From assembly GCA_036556425.1 (NCBI GenBank), contig DATBJJ010000006.1, forward strand, positions 4,266 to 68,265: 64,000 nt of DNA, given 5' to 3'. Source of the stretch: Vicinamibacterales bacterium (lineage in GTDB: Bacteria > Acidobacteriota > Vicinamibacteria > Vicinamibacterales > 2-12-FULL-66-21). A model generated the notes under the pieces. The model searched no databases and was not told the origin of the DNA. It saw nothing but the letters and a program-made list of their open reading frames with translations. Below are positions 32,751 through 42,685 of this stretch, piece by piece. Each line of letters opens with the position of its first letter. The stretch's first letter is position 1. Made by a program: the position numbers and the translations under genes.

Positions 32751-34157
32751 TCAAATCCCCAGGGGTACGTGTGAGATGACCCACTTGAACTTGCCGTTCT
32801 TCGATGTCTCCAGGCGATCCACCATCTGCACGTCGATCGTCACGTCGGCGCCGAGCCGCGCCGCGAGCTCGGTGATCAAGTGGTGCGTGTGCGCGGGCGT
32901 ATACGCGGGACCGGCGACGATCCTGACCGTCACCGCGTTTCGCGCCGTCTGGACGATCTGCGATCCCTCGATGCAGTCGAGCGGCTTGAAGGGATGCGTG
33001 AGCACGGACGGAGAAATCAGCCGGCCGTCGCCGAGCGTCAGCACGTCCTCCGCCTTCGTCGTCACATCGTCCATCAAGTCGAGCGCGCGGCCGCACGCGC
33101 ACGCGCCCGTCCTGAGCGACGTCATATCGTTCGTGACGTAGCGGATGAGCGGCATCGCCTTGTTGTGCAGCGTCGTGCCGACGAGTTTCCCCACCGTTCC
33201 GCGCGGCACTGGACGGCCGGCCGGATCGGTGACTTCGGCGATCCCGTACTCCATCGCGAGGTGATGGCCCTGGTGCCGCTCGCACTCGTGCGAGAAGACG
33301 ACGCGCTCCGCGAGCGCGTAGTAGTCGAACACCGGGCACCGGAAGCTTTCCTCGATCGTCTTCCGCTGAAAGTCGTAGAGCGTTTCGGACGATGTAATTG
33401 CGGCGCGCAGCGGAAACGTTTTGCCGACAGACTGCAGATACTTGGCGAGGAGATAGAGCGTCGACGGATAGCCGTCGAGCACCGCCGGCGCAAAGTCGGT
33501 CAGCGCCTCGAAGTACGCGGGCAGGTTTGTCCTCGAGAGGTGGAACGACGACAGCAGGAGCTGATTCTGCAGCCGGTTCAACCGCCAGAACGGCGCCGCC
33601 CGCTGGTCCAGCGGCACGATCACGTTGCCGCGCGCGACGGCCACGCGGTCGCCGTCGCGGCCGAACTTGCATCCGGCCCACCGGTAGTGGCGATCGAAGA
33701 CGGCGTACGTCATCCACACGGTGTCGCGGTCGTAGCCGACCGTCAACGGCGTGCCGGTCGTTCCGCTCGTGTGTCCTGTCCGCATCGCCCTTCGCGATAC
33801 GGTCCGCGATCGGAGATCGTCGAAATGCGTGCGGATGTCGTCGCGCGTCAACACGGGAATCTTCGGCAGATCCTCGCGTGTTCGAATGTCCCGCGGCGTG
33901 AGCTTCGCCTCGTCGAATCGGCGGCGATAGAAGGGAACCGTGTCGTACGCGTGCGTGACGATCTGGCGGAGTTGCTCGTCCTGATACGCCTCGAGGTCGC
34001 CGCGGGAAAACCACTCTGTCTTCGCGAGCAGATCGCGGAACTCGGGATAGCGGCCCCCGTATCGTTCGCGCTCGAGCAGCGCGCTGAACCCCGTCAGCAT
34101 CAGGTTCTGGCCCCAAATGGGCGCCCTTCGATACAGCTCCGCGGCGTAGCGGTTCAT
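32751..34157 (-). CDS. phenylacetate-CoA ligase-like adenylating enzyme (PaaK/CapK/F390-synthetase family)
   Basis: ORF 32751..34379 trimmed to MNRYAAELYRR... (ATG 34157, an ATGA overlap). Family-typical features: VPFYRRRFDEAKL and TSGTTGTP. Confidence 0.85.
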   Translation of the reverse strand: MNRYAAELYRRAPIWGQNLMLTGFSALLERERYGGRYPEFRDLLAKTEWFSRGDLEAYQDEQLRQIVTHAYDTVPFYRRRFDEAKLTPRDIRTREDLPKIPVLTRDDIRTHFDDLRSRTVSRRAMRTGHTSGTTGTPLTVGYDRDTVWMTYAVFDRHYRWAGCKFGRDGDRVAVARGNVIVPLDQRAAPFWRLNRLQNQLLLSSFHLSRTNLPAYFEALTDFAPAVLDGYPSTLYLLAKYLQSVGKTFPLRAAITSSETLYDFQRKTIEESFRCPVFDYYALAERVVFSHECERHQGHHLAMEYGIAEVTDPAGRPVPRGTVGKLVGTTLHNKAMPLIRYVTNDMTSLRTGACACGRALDLMDDVTTKAEDVLTLGDGRLISPSVLTHPFKPLDCIEGSQIVQTARNAVTVRIVAGPAYTPAHTHHLITELAARLGADVTIDVQMVDRLETSKNGKFKWVISHVPLGI

Positions 34158-35383
34158 CGTGCGCGCCTTCCCGTGTCCATGGCCTTGCGATATGCGTCGA
34201 GCAGCTGGCATCCAACGACGCGCCAGGCGTAGCGCTGCTCCACGAGCGTCCGCGCCGCGCCTCCGAGCGTCCGCCGCTTCGTGCGGTCGTCGAGCAGCGT
34301 CGACACCGACTGTGCGAACGTCTCCGGCGTGTCCGCGACGATCAGATGCTCGCCGTGCCGCACGTCGATGCCTTCGCATCCGATCGACGTCGAAACGAGC
34401 GCCTTCCCCATCGCCATCGCGTCGAGCACCTTCAACCGCGTACCCCCGCCGACGCGGAGCGGCACCACATACACCGCCGCCTGGCGGACGAATGGGCGGA
34501 TGTCGTTCACGTAGCCCGTCACGATGACGCGCGGATCCTTGGCGGCAAGCGCGGCGAGCTCCTTCGGGGGGTCCTGGCCTACTGCAAAGAAACGAACGTC
34601 TGGCGTGTTCTGAACGATGCGCGGCCAGATCTCGTTCAGGAAATACATGACGGCATCGCGATTGGCGAACATGTTCATGCCGCCGGTGTAGATCATCGCG
34701 GGCGTTTCACCGTCCGGATCGGGCGAGAAGTAGTCCACGTCCACGCCGTTCGGGACGACCGCGGTCCGCACGCCGGGCACGCGATCGAGGAGCGTCTTCT
34801 CGTCGTGCTCGGACATCAGAATGTTGATGTCGAACGCCGGCGACATCGTGCCTTCGTACGATTGGAGCTTTCGCGTCTCACGCTGGAGGAACTGCCGAGC
34901 GAAGGGCCTCTGCTCCACCTGGGCCCGGCGCTCCATCAACATCGATTCGATGTTGTGGTGCGTCAGCACCGTCGGCACGCCGTTGCCGGACGCGAACTGG
35001 CCGAGCGCGATCGTGTCCACGTGCAGCAGGTCGAAGCGATCCGTCTTCAGCGCGCCAGACACTCGCTGCTGAAAGGCCTTCGAGCGATGGGCGATCACGC
35101 TGAACGGCGCGGACGAGCAGGCACTCGCCGCGAGCGCCGCCAGGACGTGCGCGCGCGAGGCTTTCGGCCACAGCGGAAAGTACTCGACCTTCTCGCAGAA
35201 GCCGCCGAGCACGCGCCGGCTCTCCTCCAGCGACTCCGCAGTCGGGAGCACGTCCGGATGGATGAACGCCAGCAAGTGCACGCTCGCCGAGCGGCCGAGC
35301 TCGCGCAGCAAGTTGAACCCACGCTGCAGCACGCCGCCGTGAGGCGGGTACGGAACGATTTGGGAGAGGAACAGGACCTTCAC
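34154..35383 (-). CDS. family 4 (GT-B) glycosyltransferase, PEP-CTERM/exosortase-locus type
   Basis: ORF 34154..35728 trimmed to GTG 35383 (VKVLFLSQIVPYPPHGGVLQR...), a GTGA overlap with the upstream stop. The C-terminal E-x7-E region is GT4-like. Confidence 0.8.
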   Translation of the reverse strand: MKVLFLSQIVPYPPHGGVLQRGFNLLRELGRSASVHLLAFIHPDVLPTAESLEESRRVLGGFCEKVEYFPLWPKASRAHVLAALAASACSSAPFSVIAHRSKAFQQRVSGALKTDRFDLLHVDTIALGQFASGNGVPTVLTHHNIESMLMERRAQVEQRPFARQFLQRETRKLQSYEGTMSPAFDINILMSEHDEKTLLDRVPGVRTAVVPNGVDVDYFSPDPDGETPAMIYTGGMNMFANRDAVMYFLNEIWPRIVQNTPDVRFFAVGQDPPKELAALAAKDPRVIVTGYVNDIRPFVRQAAVYVVPLRVGGGTRLKVLDAMAMGKALVSTSIGCEGIDVRHGEHLIVADTPETFAQSVSTLLDDRTKRRTLGGAARTLVEQRYAWRVVGCQLLDAYRKAMDTGRRAR

Positions 35384-36528
35384 TGAAGCGCTTCGAGATA
35401 CGCGCGCTCGTACGCGGACGTCATGTGCTGCACGGTGAAGTTGTCTCGCCAGCGGGCGCGGCCGGCCGCGCCGAATCGCTGGCGCAGCGCGGGATCGTCG
35501 ACGAGGCGGCCGAGCGCCGCCGCCATCCCGTCGACGTCTCGCGGATTGCACAGGAGACCGGTGACGCCATCCGCAACGACGTGCGGATTCTCGCCGACTC
35601 GCGTCGCGACGATGGGCTTTCCAGCGGCCATCGCCTCGAGGATCACCATCGACATGGCTTCCCAGAGCGACGGCTGGAAGAAGATGTCGAACGCCGGCAG
35701 CGCTCGATGCGCGGCGTTGGTGATCCATCCCGTGAACGTCACGATGTCCTCGAGGCCGAGCTCCCGGCGCATCTCTTCGAGCGGCGCCTTCAGCTCACCG
35801 TCGCCGACGATTACGAAGCGCACGCGCTTGCCGGCACCCTTCAACTTCTGCGCGACGCGCAGGAGATCGGTCAGCCCCTTCTGCTCGATGAGCGTCGCCA
35901 GCGTGCCGATGACGATGCGATCGGAAGCCGAGAACCGTGCGCGCAGGTCGGGATCGCCCGAGCCGTTCGATCCATCCACGCCGTTCCAGACAGTGCCGAT
36001 TGAAGAATCGCGGAACCCGAAGACCTTCCGGAGCTGCTGACGCTGCACCTCGCCGACCGCATAGATCCGGGTCGCGATCCTCGAGCAGATCCGCTCCATC
36101 CACATGATCCGCGTGCGCGTGTTCGGATAGTTGCCGAAGTGGAACGTGTGCACCAGCTTCAGCCGCGGCCGAAACAGCAGCTTGCACATCGCAACGTCGA
36201 ACAGACCCTGCGTCGTGTGCGTGTGGACGACGTCGATGTCGCGGGACTGAATGAGCTTCAGCATCTTCCGCGAGCTGAGATAGTCGACCTCGCCGTTGGG
36301 ATTGAACAGGCTCACGATGTCCACGCCGGCATTCGCGAGCTCGTCGCCGATCTGGCCGCGCGACTTCAAGTGGCACACCGTCACCTTGAACCGCGACGGA
36401 TCGAGCGACAGCGCGAGGTGGCGGATCACGGTCTCGGCTCCGCCAATCCAGAGGCCCGAGGCGACGATGAGCAGATTCACTTTCCGGCCGGATCCCACGA
36501 CATCCGGAGCCGCCGCGACCGCCGTCAT
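35380..36528 (-). CDS. family 4 glycosyltransferase
   Basis: 382 aa with a GT-B layout (LLIVASGLWIGGAE...FQPSLWEAMSMVILEAMAAGKPIVAT). Confidence 0.9.
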   Translation of the reverse strand: MTAVAAAPDVVGSGRKVNLLIVASGLWIGGAETVIRHLALSLDPSRFKVTVCHLKSRGQIGDELANAGVDIVSLFNPNGEVDYLSSRKMLKLIQSRDIDVVHTHTTQGLFDVAMCKLLFRPRLKLVHTFHFGNYPNTRTRIMWMERICSRIATRIYAVGEVQRQQLRKVFGFRDSSIGTVWNGVDGSNGSGDPDLRARFSASDRIVIGTLATLIEQKGLTDLLRVAQKLKGAGKRVRFVIVGDGELKAPLEEMRRELGLEDIVTFTGWITNAAHRALPAFDIFFQPSLWEAMSMVILEAMAAGKPIVATRVGENPHVVADGVTGLLCNPRDVDGMAAALGRLVDDPALRQRFGAAGRARWRDNFTVQHMTSAYERAYLEALQ

Positions 36529-37841
36529 GCGCGCCTGGTCCTCGTCGCGGGAACGGCATCCACGACCTTCCGGTCGCGGGCGGAGCGCACGGGTTGGATG
36601 CGCGCCAGAGGCTTCGCAACGGCTGGGACCGTCTCGACTGCCGGGCTCTCGCGCGCGATGCGCCTGGCGGCCCCCAACATCCCGGCGAGCATGTAGATGT
36701 GCGGATAGTAGATGGCGCTCAGGAACGCGCCGCCGGTCGCGAACGCGACGAGCGACGCGCTGAGACAGGCCAGCAGCGCGACGTTCGTGGCGACCTCAGG
36801 CGACGGAGGACTCGACGACCGCTCGAGCAGCGCCTTCGTCGCGCGCCGGTTCATGACGAGATTCGAGATGATGAATCCGAGGAGGATGCCGATGCCCGGC
36901 AGCCCGAGCTCTCCCAAGATGAGGAAGTAGATCGAGTGCGCCGTCAGCCAGGGCATCGCGAGATCCGGCGATCGATATTCCGCGCCGAACTTGACCGGAA
37001 AATGCCCCGCGCCCACACCGAGCAGCGGATGATCGAGCGCCATCTGCACCGACGCGCCCCAGGCCGCGATGCGTCCCTGCGACGATCCATCTTCATGGCT
37101 CGAGATCGTGCTCATGCGGTCGAACCACGACGCGGGCGCCGACACCAGGACGAGGGCGAGGACGACCACGGCGGTGGCGCCCGTCAGCGCTTTCCTGGTG
37201 CTCTTCGTCCAGTAGTAGATGCCGACGCACGCGAGCGCGATCGTGCCGCCGCGCGATTTCGTCGCGATGACGCACAGCACCAGCAGGAGCAGCGAGCCGC
37301 CCCAGAACAGCTTGTGCAGCGTCTTCGGCGAGTTGCCCAGGAGAAAAATACACAACGGAAGCGCGACGTTCACGGACAGCGCGTAGTCGTTGCCGTCGCC
37401 GAGGAACGTGCCGGACGACAGGTAGTGCCGGCCGTCGGGATCGGTGAACATCTCGGGCGTCAGCAGCGCGAGCACGACGTGGACGAGCACGAGCATCGCG
37501 AACACGCCCTTCATGCGCGAGACGTCCGTGAGCTGCTTCGTGAGCACGAACGTCATCAGGACGTATCCGAACACGGCGGTGAAGATGTTGTACGAGTACA
37601 ACGTCACGTCCGCCGTCAGCACCGACATGACGATCAGCCCGAGCAGAAAGAGGATCATGCGCACGTTCGGCTCGCGCAGAGCCTCGGCGTTCGTGACCTT
37701 CTTGTTGTTCAGGATCGTCAGCGCGATCACGCCGAGCGGCACGATCGTGTTGAGGCGGAGCACGCCAATCGGGGGGAAGTACGTCGACGGCCGCACGTAC
37801 TCCAGCACGAAGAACAGAAGCAGTCCGTAGTAGGTCATCAT
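36525..37841 (-). CDS. O-antigen ligase/polymerase (Wzy-like) membrane protein, exosortase-locus type
   Basis: ORF 36525..37955 trimmed to MMTYYGLLLFFVLEYVRP.... It has about 10 or more TM helices and a periplasmic-loop signature (GHFPVKFG...TAHSIYFLILGELG). Confidence 0.8.
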   Translation of the reverse strand: MMTYYGLLLFFVLEYVRPSTYFPPIGVLRLNTIVPLGVIALTILNNKKVTNAEALREPNVRMILFLLGLIVMSVLTADVTLYSYNIFTAVFGYVLMTFVLTKQLTDVSRMKGVFAMLVLVHVVLALLTPEMFTDPDGRHYLSSGTFLGDGNDYALSVNVALPLCIFLLGNSPKTLHKLFWGGSLLLLVLCVIATKSRGGTIALACVGIYYWTKSTRKALTGATAVVVLALVLVSAPASWFDRMSTISSHEDGSSQGRIAAWGASVQMALDHPLLGVGAGHFPVKFGAEYRSPDLAMPWLTAHSIYFLILGELGLPGIGILLGFIISNLVMNRRATKALLERSSSPPSPEVATNVALLACLSASLVAFATGGAFLSAIYYPHIYMLAGMLGAARRIARESPAVETVPAVAKPLARIQPVRSARDRKVVDAVPATRTRRA

Positions 37842-38974
37842 CGGGCGTCTACTCCGGCGAGCTCGAGATAGATCGCCTCGAGCCGGCGCGTGCGCACGCG
37901 AAAATCGAACTGTGCCTCCACCATCGCCCGCCCCCGGGTCGCCATCTTCTTCCATGGCCCCGGATCCGCGAGGAACTCGCGGATGTCGGCCGCAAGCGAT
38001 TGCGGTTCGTGCGGCGGCACCAGGCGCCCCGTCGCGCCATCCGTGACGACTTCCGGCGTCCCGCCGACCCGCGTCGCGAGCACAGGAACCTCCATCACGA
38101 GCGCCTCGAGCGCGGCGTTCGGCAGCCCCTCGGTGTGCGATGGAAGGACCATCAAGTCCGTTTCTTCCAGGATACGTTCTGGCTGGCTCAGATAGCCGGG
38201 AAAGTGAATCGTCTCCTCGAGCCCGAGCTCGAGCACGCGCGATTCGAGACGCTCGCGATCGGGTCCGTCGCCGACGAATATCGCCGAGAACGCTTGCCCT
38301 TCGCGCGCGAGGATTGCCAACGCCTCGATGAGGTCCGCCTGTCCCTTCTCAGGACTCAGGCGGCCGATCGTCGTGATAACCGGGTGCTCCACAGGCTTGC
38401 CGATCAAGCTAGTCAGCAGGCCTTCCTGCCCCGTCCGGCGGTACTTGTCCACGACGATGGCGTTGTGCAGCAGCCTCACGACGTCTTTCGGGACGCCGCC
38501 CGCGACGAGCTCGTCGCGAATCTTTCCGGACACGGCGATCACGCAATCGAACGCCCGCAGTACGCGCTTGTCGAGCGCGATGAGCAGACGATCCTTCCGC
38601 CGATTGCCGATCCAGCCGTGCAGCGTCGTCATGATCGGCATGCGATGCAGCTTCGAGGCGAGGTACGTGATCACGTCCGACTTGACCTCGTGCGCGTGCA
38701 CGACGTCGAACTGCTCCGACTTCACCAACTCGACGACGCCCCGCACGACGCGCGGGTCGTACTGGTTGTACCCGCGCAGATAGTGCACCGGCATGCCGAG
38801 GCTCTTGGCCGCCACCGTGAACGGCGTGTCGCCTGCTTCGTACCGCGTCTGGAACACGCCCAAATGGAGGTCGAAGCGCGTCGCATCAATCGCTCGAAAC
38901 GTCTCGAGCATCGTCTTGCCGGGTCCGCCAATTTCGTACGTGTCCCGGAGGTGGAGAACTTTAATGCGCCGCAC
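37838..38974 (-). CDS. family 4 glycosyltransferase
   Basis: 378 aa (KVLHL...GGPGKT...VLPSHTEGLPNAALEALVMEVPVLAT). Confidence 0.9.
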   Translation of the reverse strand: MRRIKVLHLRDTYEIGGPGKTMLETFRAIDATRFDLHLGVFQTRYEAGDTPFTVAAKSLGMPVHYLRGYNQYDPRVVRGVVELVKSEQFDVVHAHEVKSDVITYLASKLHRMPIMTTLHGWIGNRRKDRLLIALDKRVLRAFDCVIAVSGKIRDELVAGGVPKDVVRLLHNAIVVDKYRRTGQEGLLTSLIGKPVEHPVITTIGRLSPEKGQADLIEALAILAREGQAFSAIFVGDGPDRERLESRVLELGLEETIHFPGYLSQPERILEETDLMVLPSHTEGLPNAALEALVMEVPVLATRVGGTPEVVTDGATGRLVPPHEPQSLAADIREFLADPGPWKKMATRGRAMVEAQFDFRVRTRRLEAIYLELAGVDAR

Positions 38975-40178
38975 CGAGCAACCTGCCGTACAAACGAACC
39001 GTCGCGTCGACGTTCCGGTCGATGTTGAATTGCTCGATCAAACGCTGGTATCCGTTCTCCCCCAGGCGGCGCGCCGCGGAGCGATCCTTGATCAATGTGA
39101 TGATCGCCCGCGCGAGCTGCTCCGAGTCGCCGGGCGGGAACGTCAACCCGGTCTTCCCCTCTTCGATGATCTCGGGAATGGCGCCGGCGCGCGAGCCAAC
39201 GACCGGTTTGCGGCACGCCATCGCGTCGAGGATGACGCGTCCGAACGGCTCCGGCCGCACCGACGCGTGCACGACCACATCGCACAGATTGAGGTAGTCC
39301 GCGACGTTCTTCTGGAATCCCGTCAGGATGATGTAATCCTGCAGGCCGAGCGACGACGCGAGCTCGGCCAACATGTCGCCGTACGGCCGATCAGACGCAG
39401 CCATGTCGCCGATGAGGAGGCATCGCGCGTTCGGGCATTCACGCCTGACGAGGTCCATGGCCCGCACGAGCGTATCTTGTCCTTTCCATGCACGGATATT
39501 GCCCGGCATGCCCACAATCGCGTGCTCGGGCCGAAGACCGTGGCGCCGGCGCAGCTCGTCGGCCGGCGTCCCCACGCGCATGACGGCGGGATCCAGGCCG
39601 TTGTAAATCGTCACGAGATTGCCGAAATCGGCACCGCCCTCCACCATGTTCCGCCGGACCGCCTCGGAGATGCAGATCACCGCGTCGAGCCGTTTGCCCA
39701 GGTATTTCGCTCCGGACGTATATCGGTCGTTGATGCCTCGTTCGTGCGTGATGCACCGCCGTCCCGTCAGGTTGGCGGCCAGCATCCAGTCGTGATTCCG
39801 CATGATCGAGTTGTTCAAGTGAACGACGTCGATTCGGCGGCTGATCAGAAACCAGGCGCGCGAGAGGACTCCGCCGACGAACCGTAGAACGTTGAGCGCG
39901 CGCTGCAGAACGAGCAGCGGCAGCCGCAGCACGGCCAGCGGACCCTTTGCGCGCGACGCGAGGGCGATGCCTGCAGGCCGAGGCCACACGAGCGTCCGGA
40001 TGCCCGCGTCACGAAATGTCGAGAGCAGCGCATGCTCGCGATAGAACACGACAGTCGGATCGAACTTCGTGCGATCGAGCCCTTTGACGAGGTACAGCAG
40101 GCTGTAGTACGAACCGCCGATCGTGCCGTCGACGTTCGTCTCGCAGTAGACAACCTTGACGGGCTTGGTACCGCTCAT
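38961..40178 (-). CDS. family 4 glycosyltransferase
   Basis: ORF 38961..41561 trimmed to MSGTKPVKVVYCETN... (ATG 40178, an ATGA overlap with the flippase stop). GT4 motif: VHASVRPEPFGRVILDAMACRKPVVGS. Confidence 0.85.
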   Translation of the reverse strand: MSGTKPVKVVYCETNVDGTIGGSYYSLLYLVKGLDRTKFDPTVVFYREHALLSTFRDAGIRTLVWPRPAGIALASRAKGPLAVLRLPLLVLQRALNVLRFVGGVLSRAWFLISRRIDVVHLNNSIMRNHDWMLAANLTGRRCITHERGINDRYTSGAKYLGKRLDAVICISEAVRRNMVEGGADFGNLVTIYNGLDPAVMRVGTPADELRRRHGLRPEHAIVGMPGNIRAWKGQDTLVRAMDLVRRECPNARCLLIGDMAASDRPYGDMLAELASSLGLQDYIILTGFQKNVADYLNLCDVVVHASVRPEPFGRVILDAMACRKPVVGSRAGAIPEIIEEGKTGLTFPPGDSEQLARAIITLIKDRSAARRLGENGYQRLIEQFNIDRNVDATVRLYGRLLGAAH

Positions 40179-41641
40179 CGTGCCCCGTACGCCGCAAACA
40201 ACGTGCGGATGTCTCGGAGGTTCAGCGCGAGGCAGACGACGCCGCTGAGCATGCCCAAGAGGACCAGCGCGACGCGCGGGTCGGCGCTGACGACCGACTT
40301 GGCCGCGATGAGCACGATCGCGAGCACGGCGCCTTGAACCGCCGCGACGCCGAGCGGGCGCAGCGCCACGGTGATGGGCACGCCAATCAGCCGTCGCGAC
40401 AAATAGACGCCGGCCACGAATTGCGCCGCCATCGGCAGCGTGACCGCCAGGCTCGCGCCAATCGCTCCGTACTTCATCGTCAGCGGCACGATGAGCGCGC
40501 CCATGACGATCAGCCGCGTCAGGTTCATCGAGAAGTCGATGTGCGGGCGCCCGATCGCGTTGTAGGAGTACCCGTTGATCAGCCACAACGCGCGGAAGCA
40601 GCCGAACACCGAGAGGATTGCGAGCGGCGGCGCCGCCGCCGACCATTTCGCGCCGTACAGCGACTGCACGATCTCCGGCGCGAGCACGGCAGTCGCGACC
40701 GCAATCGGCACGGCCACGGACGTGATCAAGCGGATGCCGCGCGTGTACTCGACGCGCAGCAGCTCGAAGTCGTTCTGCAGCTTCGCCAGCATGGGGAACA
40801 GCACTTTCGCGATCATGCGCGAGATGTAGTCGGACGGTATCGTCGCAAGCGTGTAAGCCGCGACATAGTACCCGAGGATCTCGACGCCGAGCACTTTGCC
40901 GACGACGGCATTGTCGAGCTCGCGCGTGATGAAGACGACAATCGCGAGGCCCGTCATGAAGCGCCCGTATCGATACAACTGCTTCGCAATCTCCCAGTCG
41001 AGATGGAAGCGCACGCGGCCCGGCACCATGATGAACGACAGCGCGCTCGTAATCGCCGCCGACGCGATCTGCGCGTAGACGAGAGCCCACAGGCTCCTCA
41101 ACCAGTACGCCAGCCCCGCCGCCGCGAGGAACTTGAACGTCGCGCTCGTCAGTTCGTAGTACGTGAGCCGCTTGTAGTCCAGCTCCTTCTGGAGCGCGAC
41201 CATGTTGATGTTCGTGAAGCCGCTCAACACGAAGCTCAATCCGACGACGGCGATCGCGGGCTGCAGGACGGGCTCGTGATAGAAGTTCGCGAAGTAGGGT
41301 GAGATCGCGTACGAGATCGCGGCGAGGCCGATGCCGCGCAGGAACATCATCGTGAACGCCGTGTCCTTCGCATCCTCGAATCGATCCTGGCGTTGGATCA
41401 GCGCGGCGCCGAAGCCGGTTTCGGTGAAGATCTCGATGAGGCGCGTGGCCATCAGACAGAGCGCCATCAAGCCGAAGATCTCCGGCGTCAACAGGCGCGC
41501 GAGGATGATGCCGCGTCCGAACGTGAGCACGCCGATGACGACGCTCGAAAGCGCGACCCACGCGCTCGACCGGACCGCTTTTTTCTGAAGCGATCCGTCC
41601 GTGCGATCCATGAAGTGATACAAACGCTTGAGCAGCCTCAC
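40175..41641 (-). CDS. polysaccharide flippase (MOP/Wzx family)
   Basis: 488 aa, polytopic (12-14 TM helices), with the N-terminal pattern typical of Wzx/RfbX proteins. Confidence 0.85.
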   Translation of the reverse strand: MRLLKRLYHFMDRTDGSLQKKAVRSSAWVALSSVVIGVLTFGRGIILARLLTPEIFGLMALCLMATRLIEIFTETGFGAALIQRQDRFEDAKDTAFTMMFLRGIGLAAISYAISPYFANFYHEPVLQPAIAVVGLSFVLSGFTNINMVALQKELDYKRLTYYELTSATFKFLAAAGLAYWLRSLWALVYAQIASAAITSALSFIMVPGRVRFHLDWEIAKQLYRYGRFMTGLAIVVFITRELDNAVVGKVLGVEILGYYVAAYTLATIPSDYISRMIAKVLFPMLAKLQNDFELLRVEYTRGIRLITSVAVPIAVATAVLAPEIVQSLYGAKWSAAAPPLAILSVFGCFRALWLINGYSYNAIGRPHIDFSMNLTRLIVMGALIVPLTMKYGAIGASLAVTLPMAAQFVAGVYLSRRLIGVPITVALRPLGVAAVQGAVLAIVLIAAKSVVSADPRVALVLLGMLSGVVCLALNLRDIRTLFAAYGAR

Positions 41642-41668
41642 GTCCCTAGTCCTCGATCCTCGATCGCG

Positions 41669-42682
41669 TCATGACGCCCTTTGCCGCATCCGTTTGTAGC
41701 CGCGGCGAATCCCGTCGCCGAGCGATGCCGGCATCCACGACCACGCGTAGAGCGACGCGACGCGCGGCGCGAAACCCGAATGCGCGTAGGCTCGTCCCAG
41801 CGCAGACCGCGCGGCAGACGACTGACGGCTGCCAAGAAGCGCCTTCGCGAGGGTGTAGTAGAGGTCGGCGACCCGTTCGCCAACGACAGCCTCCCCCACG
41901 CGGGAACGCGCCGGCCCGGCGAGCGCCGCGACCACTTCCGCGGTGTCCTGCACGACGCGGAGGCGCTGGTCGTCCGATGTGAGCTGATTCGGCCTGCGAC
42001 GGAACGTCAGGAGCGGCAGATCGATGTAGGCCATCGCGCCGCCGAGCGCGATCTTCAGCCACAGCTCGTAGTCTTCCTGCGTCCGCCGCCCGACGGTGAA
42101 GCGCCCCGCGCGCTCGATCGCGTCGCGCCGCAGCACGATCGACGACGTGTTCACGAAGTTGCCGCGGAACAACGCGGCGAACGCGTCGCCAAAGTACACG
42201 TTCACGCTCGAGCCGCCGCTCGCGACGGTCCCGCGCGCCGGAAACATCGCCGGCCAATCGAGACCGTACGCCGAGAACACGCGGTACTTGCGACGGATGT
42301 GCCGCTCTTCACGAAGCGTCCCGTCCTCGCTCACCAGGCTGAAATCGCAGCACACGGCGTGCACGTCGGCGTGCGACGCCAGCACCTCTACCTGCAGCGC
42401 CAGCTTGTTCGGATACCACGCGTCGTCCGCGTCGAGGAATGCGACGAGGTCGCCGGTGGCGCGCGCGAGCCCGACGTTGCGTGCCGCGGCCGCGCCCTGG
42501 TTCGGCGTCCGTACGTACGTCACGCGCGAAAACCCTCGTACCACGTCGCCCGTATTGTCGGTCGACCCGTCGTCGACGACGATCAGCTCGTGAACGCCGC
42601 GCGACTGGTCGAGCACGGACCGAATGGCGTCGGGCAGGTACCGCGCGCAATTGAACGCCGGAATGATCGCGCTGACCCGCAC
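41669..42682 (-). CDS. family 2 glycosyltransferase
   Basis: VSAIIPAFNCARYL...VVDDGSTDNT...FLDADD. Confidence 0.9.
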   Translation of the reverse strand: MRVSAIIPAFNCARYLPDAIRSVLDQSRGVHELIVVDDGSTDNTGDVVRGFSRVTYVRTPNQGAAAARNVGLARATGDLVAFLDADDAWYPNKLALQVEVLASHADVHAVCCDFSLVSEDGTLREERHIRRKYRVFSAYGLDWPAMFPARGTVASGGSSVNVYFGDAFAALFRGNFVNTSSIVLRRDAIERAGRFTVGRRTQEDYELWLKIALGGAMAYIDLPLLTFRRRPNQLTSDDQRLRVVQDTAEVVAALAGPARSRVGEAVVGERVADLYYTLAKALLGSRQSSAARSALGRAYAHSGFAPRVASLYAWSWMPASLGDGIRRGYKRMRQRAS

Positions 42683-42685
42683 GGC

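Noticed and set aside
40179-41561. N-terminal roughly 460 aa of track ORF 38961..41561 (866 aa)
   Set aside because: This part runs out of frame through the Wzx flippase gene. A GT4-like sequence begins only at the ATG at 40178, which forms an ATGA overlap with the flippase stop.
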